The position numbers and the translations under genes are program-made. Shown here piece by piece: positions 58,158-64,000 of a stretch of DNA of 64,000 bases. This DNA is from a virus (Duplodnaviria; Caudoviricetes). Under the pieces are notes generated by a model, which was given only the letters and a program-made list of their open reading frames with translations, made no database searches and was not told the DNA's origin. The stretch lies in IMG/VR virus record IMGVR_UViG_3300042139_000023; one strand, written 5' to 3'. Position 1 is the stretch's first letter. Every line of letters starts with the position of its first letter.

Positions 58158-58724
58158 TCAGCTCGCGGTGCTGCCGACCTGCACGAGGCCGTCCGAGGAC
58201 TGGCCCTGTGCGTACATGGTCGGCTGAAGCTGAAGGGGGGCGGTCGCGTCGTTGATGACGTTGGGATCGCCGGAGAGGAACTTGAAGACCGTGACCCAGT
58301 CGTCGTCCACCGCGTTCGGGTCACGAACGGGGTGCTTCGAGATCCGCTGGACCAGGAACCCCGAGCGCAGGGGCTTCTTGAACAGGCGCATCACGTCGTT
58401 GTAGATCGACGGGTCGAGCTTGTTCGGGTCGCGGTCCAGGAAGACGTTGAGCTGGCCTTCGTAGTTTTTCGCGGTCGGGGTCGCCACGTTCGAGTCGTCG
58501 CAGAGGCCACGCGTGTCGTCCGTGTCGCGGTCCGTCCAGCCGAGCGTGATGTCGGTGGTCAGTGCGCACGAGATGTTCAGACCCGCGTTGATCTCTGCGG
58601 CGGTCGGGTGGTCGATGTCCGCGAAACCCTCGCCGTACGTGCCCTCGTACCCCTCGGACGTCTGGTCCGATTCGTCGACCCACCAGATGGTGAGCGACGG
58701 GGGGAGGCTCTTCACTGCTGCCAT
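58158..58724 (-). CDS. major tail (tube) protein
   Basis: PTAAEINAGLNISCAL..LCDDSN..T...NYEG, typical actinophage tail tube. Confidence 0.9.
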   Translation of the reverse strand: MAAVKSLPPSLTIWWVDESDQTSEGYEGTYGEGFADIDHPTAAEINAGLNISCALTTDITLGWTDRDTDDTRGLCDDSNVATPTAKNYEGQLNVFLDRDPNKLDPSIYNDVMRLFKKPLRSGFLVQRISKHPVRDPNAVDDDWVTVFKFLSGDPNVINDATAPLQLQPTMYAQGQSSDGLVQVGSTAS

Positions 58725-58834
58725 TCGTACCTCCGGCCGGAAGGCATGATCGTGCCTGACCGGAGTCTAACCGCGAAAGCCCCTGCCTGGGACGTCGGGC
58801 GCCCGAAGCGAATTCTTCACGAACCCGTTCCGGT

Positions 58835-59302
58835 GTGCTGACCGACATTCACGATGCCCTGGAACCCGATCGCCAGGTAGAAACGCAGCGTGTCGCCGAC
58901 ACCAACCGGGTACGGATCGCGGACTGTTCCCGATCCCGCTTCGCTGATCTCGCCCTGCTCGGCAGGCGTGTATCCGACCAGGAGATCCCGGCATGCCTGA
59001 GCAAGCTGGAGAAGCGAAAGGCCGGAAGGCGCAACGGATTCGACGATGAACCCCGCCTTCTTCGTGACACCCTTGTCCTCTCCGGAAACACCGCAGAGAT
59101 CTGCCACAGACAGACGGCCGCCGAATCCGGAGATGTCGAATGCCTGGCCGAACCAGAGGATGACGCTCGGCTTGTAGAAGCCCGACGGGTCCTTGATGAT
59201 GTCGGTGTTCTCGGGCACGCCTTCCAGAAAAACGGGCGTGTTGGGCAGGCCCGTGTCCAGGCGCTGGTAGATGTCGAGCTGCCAGTCCAGCAGGGAAGTC
59301 AT
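58835..59302 (-). CDS. tail terminator
   Basis: Position directly upstream of tail tube; ATGA overlap with upstream gene. Confidence 0.7.
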
Positions 59303-59715
59303 CAACGCCCCCCGATCCGGGCCTGGAGTTCGGCGGTCACCTGGTTGAAGGCGTCGAGCACGGCCATCATCGGAGTGATCCCGGTACGCGTACCGAACTC
59401 CTGGAACGGGGCGTAGTACGGGTTCATCGACTCCCACCCGAAGGAGATCTTCAGGATGTCCGTGCCGAAGTCGCCCGTGCCGGTGACCGAGGACTTCATC
59501 CGGCCGGTGTCCACGCGGGACTTCGCCCTCACCAGACCCTCGCCCCGGCGCCGGGCGTTCGACATGTCGAGCACGAGGCGCTGACGGGACTTGTTCAGGT
59601 GGTCGACGACGAAGGCGGAGAGGCCGATGTCGAAGGCGCCGTTCGGCGTGCCGCTCCCGTAGTACCGCTGGGCGCCGCCGAACCGGTAGTTGTACTTGAT
59701 CCCGATCTGGGCCAT
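59302..59715 (-). CDS. tail completion protein (HK97 gp10-like)
   Basis: SRVDTGRMKSS..YYAPFQEFGT. Confidence 0.8.
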   Translation of the reverse strand: MAQIGIKYNYRFGGAQRYYGSGTPNGAFDIGLSAFVVDHLNKSRQRLVLDMSNARRRGEGLVRAKSRVDTGRMKSSVTGTGDFGTDILKISFGWESMNPYYAPFQEFGTRTGITPMMAVLDAFNQVTAELQARIGGR

Positions 59716-60545
59716 TACAGGGCCTCCCTCACCTCGTCGACCGGCAGGTTCTCATCCAGGTCGATGACCTCATGGTCCTTCATCAGGCCCGCCATCGCAT
59801 TCATCTCCTCCGAGGTCATCGAGAGGATCTTCTCCGACCGGCGCTCGATCGAGCCCGAGAGTTTCCGGCCGGTCCGGTTGTACCCGTAGAACCCGGCATG
59901 GAAGGCCCGGGGCCGCTCCGGGTACACCGTCACGCCGCTCTGGCGCTCCCGGATCCGGTTGAACAGGCCGTCCTGCTCCGCATGCCCCGGCGGGATGAGG
60001 CTCCCGGGGAAAGTCCGGCGGCAGTACCCGACCATGTCGCCGTAGTAAACGGGCTTGTTGTGCTCGACCGCCTGACGGGCAACGTTGGGCCGGAAGGAAA
60101 CGCCCAGCGACTGATAGGAGGGGTGCCGGTATGCCGCAGCCGGAGGCTCCCCGACCAGGTTCTGGTTCCGGCAGGCGCTGACCGAGAAGGCGTCAGGAGC
60201 AGCCTCGTGGGCGGCTTCGTGGTAGGCGAAGTAGCCGAGCGAGACCATGATGTCGTCCTCGACCACGTGAATCAGATCCGCAGGAATGACCAGGGAGTCC
60301 TTCAGGCCCGACAGGATGTTGTAGGAATTCCCGTGAAACTGGTGATGGTGCATCACCCGCAGGAATATCTCGGAGAAGGAGCTGGAGAACGACTCGGCCA
60401 CCTGACGGCATTCGAGTGTCCCCTTGCGGTCGAGAGTGACCACCACACGCACGTCATATCCGGCTGCCGCCTTGGCCAGCCGGGTGAGACAGGCGTGCAG
60501 CATGTCGGGCCTGCGCCACGCTGGAACCAGAACCGTGTGCTTCAC
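59715..60545 (-). CDS. GT-A fold glycosyltransferase inside neck operon
   Basis: VLVPAWRRPDML..HVVEDDIMVS (ExDD)..HAG. Confidence 0.8.
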   Translation of the reverse strand: MKHTVLVPAWRRPDMLHACLTRLAKAAAGYDVRVVVTLDRKGTLECRQVAESFSSSFSEIFLRVMHHHQFHGNSYNILSGLKDSLVIPADLIHVVEDDIMVSLGYFAYHEAAHEAAPDAFSVSACRNQNLVGEPPAAAYRHPSYQSLGVSFRPNVARQAVEHNKPVYYGDMVGYCRRTFPGSLIPPGHAEQDGLFNRIRERQSGVTVYPERPRAFHAGFYGYNRTGRKLSGSIERRSEKILSMTSEEMNAMAGLMKDHEVIDLDENLPVDEVREAL

Positions 60546-61456
60546 CGCTCCACCAGCCTCAGTGCGACTTCCTTGAATTCTGCATTGCGCTTCAAGAAGC
60601 GGGCGCGGGCCGCCTTGCCGATCTGTTCACGGCGCTCCGGAGTGAGGGCGGCAGCCCGGCGCACCGCCTCGGCGATGAGCGTCGGGGAGGTGTACGTGAG
60701 AATCGCCTGGTGATGGTTGCGCGTACTGGTCACCCCGACCAGGTAGCCCCACTCCGGCCGGATGTGCTCGTTCATCGGCGAGGCGTCCGTCGTCACCACG
60801 ATGGCCCCCACCGACATGGCCTCGGTGATGTAGTGGCCCCACCCCTCCGCGATGGAGGGGCAGACGTGGATCTCCGCCTCGTTCATCAGGCGGTTGCGTT
60901 CCTCGTCCGAGGGTGAGAGGACGACCGTGATGCGGTCTTCCAGCCCGGCCGGGATGTGCACCTCGTCCTTCGAGATGATCGTGAGCGGAGGCAGCGTGGA
61001 GTCCTTCTGCCAGGCGCCGATGACCTGCTCGGTGCCCTTCATGCCCGACCGGCCGCGCAGGTGCATGCACTTCAGCTCGCGCTTCACGTCCGGATCGTAG
61101 AGATCTGTCCCCAGAAAGCCGGTGAGCTGCACGTTTTTACCGCCTCGATTGCGGCAGAAGCGCAGTGCGTAGTGACTTTTCGCCCAGATCTGGTCGAATG
61201 CCGGAAGGTACTTCATCCACTCTCGCGGATACCATTCCAGATTCAGAATGGCGATGTTCTTGTCGGCAAACTGAGCGAGGTTCCGGCTGACCAGTTCCAG
61301 GTGAAAGGCGACGTCCGTCCGGGGCATCTCCTTCGCCTGCCAGTCGTGGAATTCGACCTCGTGTCCAGCCGATTCGAAAAGTTCGGTGAGCAGCGCGGTG
61401 TCCAGCGACAGGCCCACGCCATTGTCCCGGCTGAGCAGCGCAATCTTCAGGCCCAC
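60542..61456 (-). CDS. GT-B (GT4-like) glycosyltransferase inside neck operon
   Basis: IHVCPSIAEGWGHYITEAMSVGAIVVTTDASPMNE (ExxxxxxxE motif). Confidence 0.88.
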   Translation of the reverse strand: MGLKIALLSRDNGVGLSLDTALLTELFESAGHEVEFHDWQAKEMPRTDVAFHLELVSRNLAQFADKNIAILNLEWYPREWMKYLPAFDQIWAKSHYALRFCRNRGGKNVQLTGFLGTDLYDPDVKRELKCMHLRGRSGMKGTEQVIGAWQKDSTLPPLTIISKDEVHIPAGLEDRITVVLSPSDEERNRLMNEAEIHVCPSIAEGWGHYITEAMSVGAIVVTTDASPMNEHIRPEWGYLVGVTSTRNHHQAILTYTSPTLIAEAVRRAAALTPERREQIGKAARARFLKRNAEFKEVALRLVER

Positions 61457-61475
61457 GTGGTTCCCTCTCCCCTGG

Positions 61476-62045
61476 TCAAGGACCCATCACGCCGTTGTTC
61501 ATGGCGACAGGCTCCATGGAGAACGGCGGCGGCAGCGTCTGCGGGTGCGCCGCGTCCACGTCACAGAGGACATTCCTCAGCCATGCGTTGGAGGACATGA
61601 GCGGGTTGCGTACGTGGAAAAGGTAATGGACCAACTCCGGATCCCCGAGGATCAGGTGACCGAGTTCCGGATCGTTCGGGTCGGGCTCAAGTGCGCGCAC
61701 CAGATCGTTGGCGTGTACCGGCGGGCATGTGCGGATGGGAACCTGCACACGGATCGCATGGTCCGTACCCATGTCACCGCGCTGGGTACGCACTCGGGCA
61801 CGCCAGTCCTTGTTGTTGACGATGCGGCCCGGACCCCGGTACAGCAGGATCAGTTCGGGGAACTTCTCGCCGCCCTGGCCGTCGGGAATCGTGAGGCCGC
61901 CAGAGATCGGATCGAAGCCGTACTCACCACCCTGCGACGGCCGCCGGAAGATCTCCACCGCCGCGTTCATGTGGCCGCGAGGAACCGACCGCTGGTGCAG
62001 TTGCCAGCGGGGATCCAGGGCGCTGCGCCTGTTGAGTGAGGCCAT
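61476..62045 (-). CDS. head-tail stopper (DUF6093-like)
   Basis: HMNAAVEIFR..FDP..LYRGPGRI..RVQVP. Confidence 0.7.
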   Translation of the reverse strand: MASLNRRSALDPRWQLHQRSVPRGHMNAAVEIFRRPSQGGEYGFDPISGGLTIPDGQGGEKFPELILLYRGPGRIVNNKDWRARVRTQRGDMGTDHAIRVQVPIRTCPPVHANDLVRALEPDPNDPELGHLILGDPELVHYLFHVRNPLMSSNAWLRNVLCDVDAAHPQTLPPPFSMEPVAMNNGVMGP

Positions 62046-62050
62046 GGGGC

Positions 62051-62239
62051 CTATTCTGCACGCAGACGCCCCGGAAGATCGCACTTCAGCGCGTTGAAGA
62101 TGCGGCAGGCGAGGGGTGGGGTGCCGCTGGGTACCGGTCCGTTCTCAGGGATGGAGACCTCGGTCTGATCGTAGGAGATGGTGATCTTTCCACCTCCCTC
62201 GGAGACGGTGATCGGCGGCTCGTATTCCTTCTTTTCCAT
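62051..62239 (-). CDS. small hypothetical protein
   Basis: RBS-like GGAGAGCAGGGA, ATG 62239. Confidence 0.45.
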   Translation of the reverse strand: MEKKEYEPPITVSEGGGKITISYDQTEVSIPENGPVPSGTPPLACRIFNALKCDLPGRLRAE

Positions 62240-62341
62240 GATCCCTGCTCTCCCAGAAGCTGGATCCATGGAAGCTACCCGCCTACGCGCCAGTAGGATC
62301 CAAGTTCAGGGAATCTTCACCCGAATCCCGGATCTCCCTTG

Positions 62342-62830
62342 TCACAGCCAGCGCGCGAGAGTAGAGCCGCCGATTCCCGCCATCCATCCCTGCGGGAAAC
62401 CGTGCAGGGCGAAGGGGAAGCCGTCCTGCGGCACCGGCTGGAAGTCCACGATCATCATGATCTCGGAATCCTCGTCGGCCGCATCTGCCCGGTCTTCGAG
62501 CTGCTTCGCTCCGGCGAGCAGGGCACCGGCCAGCTTCGCGCCGTCGGTCTGGAGGTCTTCGGTACGGATGACCTTCTGGATCAGACCTTCGGAAACGGCG
62601 AGCGCCCGAAGAGCCGATGCCGCCGCCCGGTAGATCCTCGCCGACCCCTCCCCGATGGCGATTGTGTACAGCCCGCGCAGGTGGGCGTCGCTGAACATGT
62701 ACTCCGCGATGCCGGAGTCCGAGTAGTCGACCTGCTCGACGTCCGGCACGAGGGCGCGGATCTGACCGATCACGGATCCGAAATCCGGCGGGTACACGTC
62801 CTGCGAAGCGGTCGTTCCTACGGCTGCCAT
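62342..62830 (-). CDS. head-tail adaptor
   Basis: PDFGSVIGQIRALVPD..MFSD....L..AAASAL..IRTEDLQTDGAKLA; GGGAGG RBS; first gene of the tail operon. Confidence 0.8.
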   Translation of the reverse strand: MAAVGTTASQDVYPPDFGSVIGQIRALVPDVEQVDYSDSGIAEYMFSDAHLRGLYTIAIGEGSARIYRAAASALRALAVSEGLIQKVIRTEDLQTDGAKLAGALLAGAKQLEDRADAADEDSEIMMIVDFQPVPQDGFPFALHGFPQGWMAGIGGSTLARWL

Positions 62831-62939
62831 CAGCCACCTCCCGGGTCTGTTGTCCCTGATCGTACGGGGCGCCACCTCCATGGTCAGCCCGCTGTCGACA
62901 GCCTTCGAAGGTACGAAGATCCTCCCAGGATGTCCTGAT

Positions 62940-63400
62940 TCGACGGGTGGTCCAGACGGTCAACTTGACATGCCACCAACAAGGGTAGCCCGAGTTGAGG
63001 AGTTTATTGCCAATAAGTCCGAATTAATACCCGTCGAGGGTATGACTCCCCTGACCTGCGGTTTCATTTGGTTCGGGGACCGAATCTGACTTGGAAGTTG
63101 AGGGGTATCCCGAATCTGCCAAGGGGTAGTCATCACTGCGTGCACATATACACAGGTCAGAGGGTGTGGCGGGCGTCGGGCGAGCAGGGGCTTCAATGTC
63201 GACATTGGACCCTGGCAGTCCGGGGGCAGGGAGGGGTATGTCGTGTCCGATTCGCACCCATTCATGGCGATTAACTTTGGCTGCCAGTCGTCCGGAAAAA
63301 CGAGAGTATCGAACCCCCGACTTATGCCCTGACCTGCGGAACCACCCACTCTTTAAGAACAGAAACATCCTCCTCTCTCCTGTCTGTACCTGTAGGCAAG
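62940..63400. other. AT-richer repeat/palindrome-rich intergenic region, candidate replication origin
   Basis: Palindromes GTCAA-C-TTGAC, TTATTG-C-CAATAA, ATACCC-GTCGA-GGGTAT; repeated RAGGG(G)TAK; CCGAATCTG twice; CTGACCTG three times. Confidence 0.55.
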
Positions 63401-63712
63401 GGCCCGCCATCCGGGCTGGCGCCCGGCCTGGCGGCGGGAGGACGGAGGAGTCGCTTCGCTCCAAAAAGATCTGGTGGCTGAGGCGGTCGGCAGGGTGAGG
63501 CCCGGAGGGCGGCTGGGCGGCGCTCCAGGGCGCGCGTAGGGGTCGGTGCGGCCCTGCGGCGGTCGGTGGGTGGCTGAGGCCGTCAGGCGGGCGCAGGCGG
63601 CTTCGTGGTGAAGGAGGTACGTGATGCTCACGGGCTTCAAAGGTGCTTCTCGCTAAGCCTTGCGCTCGACGGTGGAAAAGGGTGTACTGTGGTTCTCGGA
63701 AAGGAGAAGCAC

Positions 63713-64000
63713 ATGCAGCCGACCGACCGCGTCCTCGCGGCAGCCCTGACCCCGAACGTCCCGCACGGCGCCTTCCGGCTCTACGTGATCCTCGACGCGG
63801 CCTCACGAGAGGCGGGTGCCGAGGATGAGTACTTCCCGGTGACGCTGGACGGGCTGATGCAGCTCCACCCCGGCATCGCCGGTCGCAACGCCGGAGCCAC
63901 CACGATCATCAAGCAGGTGGCGGCACTGCGCGGGGCCGGACTGCTGGAGACCCGGGCGGCCATGCACCGCAACGAGCCGAAGATGCCGGTTCTCGTGAAG
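63713..64000 (+). CDS. winged-helix replication-initiator-like protein, 5' end only
   Basis: AAGGAG RBS, MQPTDRVL..HGAFRLYVIL..T..GL....G...TIIKQVAALRGAGLLE; -10 TACTGT 63685-63690; runs off the window. Confidence 0.6.
   Translation, partial: MQPTDRVLAAALTPNVPHGAFRLYVILDAASREAGAEDEYFPVTLDGLMQLHPGIAGRNAGATTIIKQVAALRGAGLLETRAAMHRNEPKMPVLVK

Noticed and set aside
63353-63640. 95-aa minus-strand ORF and G-rich tract near the rep-like gene
   Set aside because: Pro/Arg-rich low-complexity translation, no convincing RBS; G runs too short and irregular to support a G-quadruplex
1-64000. Integrase, attP, transposase/IS, intein, group I/II intron, diversity-generating retroelement, FtsK/TraB
   Set aside because: No recombinase, DDE, RT, intein-terminal or FtsK motifs recognised in the window; absence applies only to this window

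Overview
A ~70% GC actinobacterial (very likely Streptomyces) siphophage with strong plasmid-like character, probably a phage-plasmid; the window covers only part of the genome. Left arm (+): a vWA-domain gene, then a promoter driving three tandem structured Y-RNA-like/tRNA-mimic RNAs directly upstream of a Ro60 (TROVE-vWA) gene, small early genes, an SNF2 helicase and an HD-domain alarmone-hydrolase-like gene. An isolated lysis cassette lies on the minus strand (9.3-11.6 kb). The middle (13-28 kb) resembles a Streptomyces conjugation/spreading region: SpdB-like and other membrane proteins, a GntR/UTRA regulator divergent from a membrane-protein, lytic transglycosylase and NlpC/P60 operon, and a palindrome GGCCTAGGCC recurring at promoters. 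29-46 kb (+) is a full phage replication/recombination module (UvrD helicase, Cas4-like exonuclease, RecT-like annealase, primase-DUF3987, PolA, RuvC-like) with RNA-processing accessories. 46-63 kb (-) is a neck/tail operon containing two glycosyltransferases. The right end holds an AT-richer, repeat-rich, origin-like spacer and the start of a winged-helix Rep-like gene. No integrase, terminase, portal, capsid or FtsK/TraB gene was seen in the window. All family assignments come from motif recognition by eye, not database searches.
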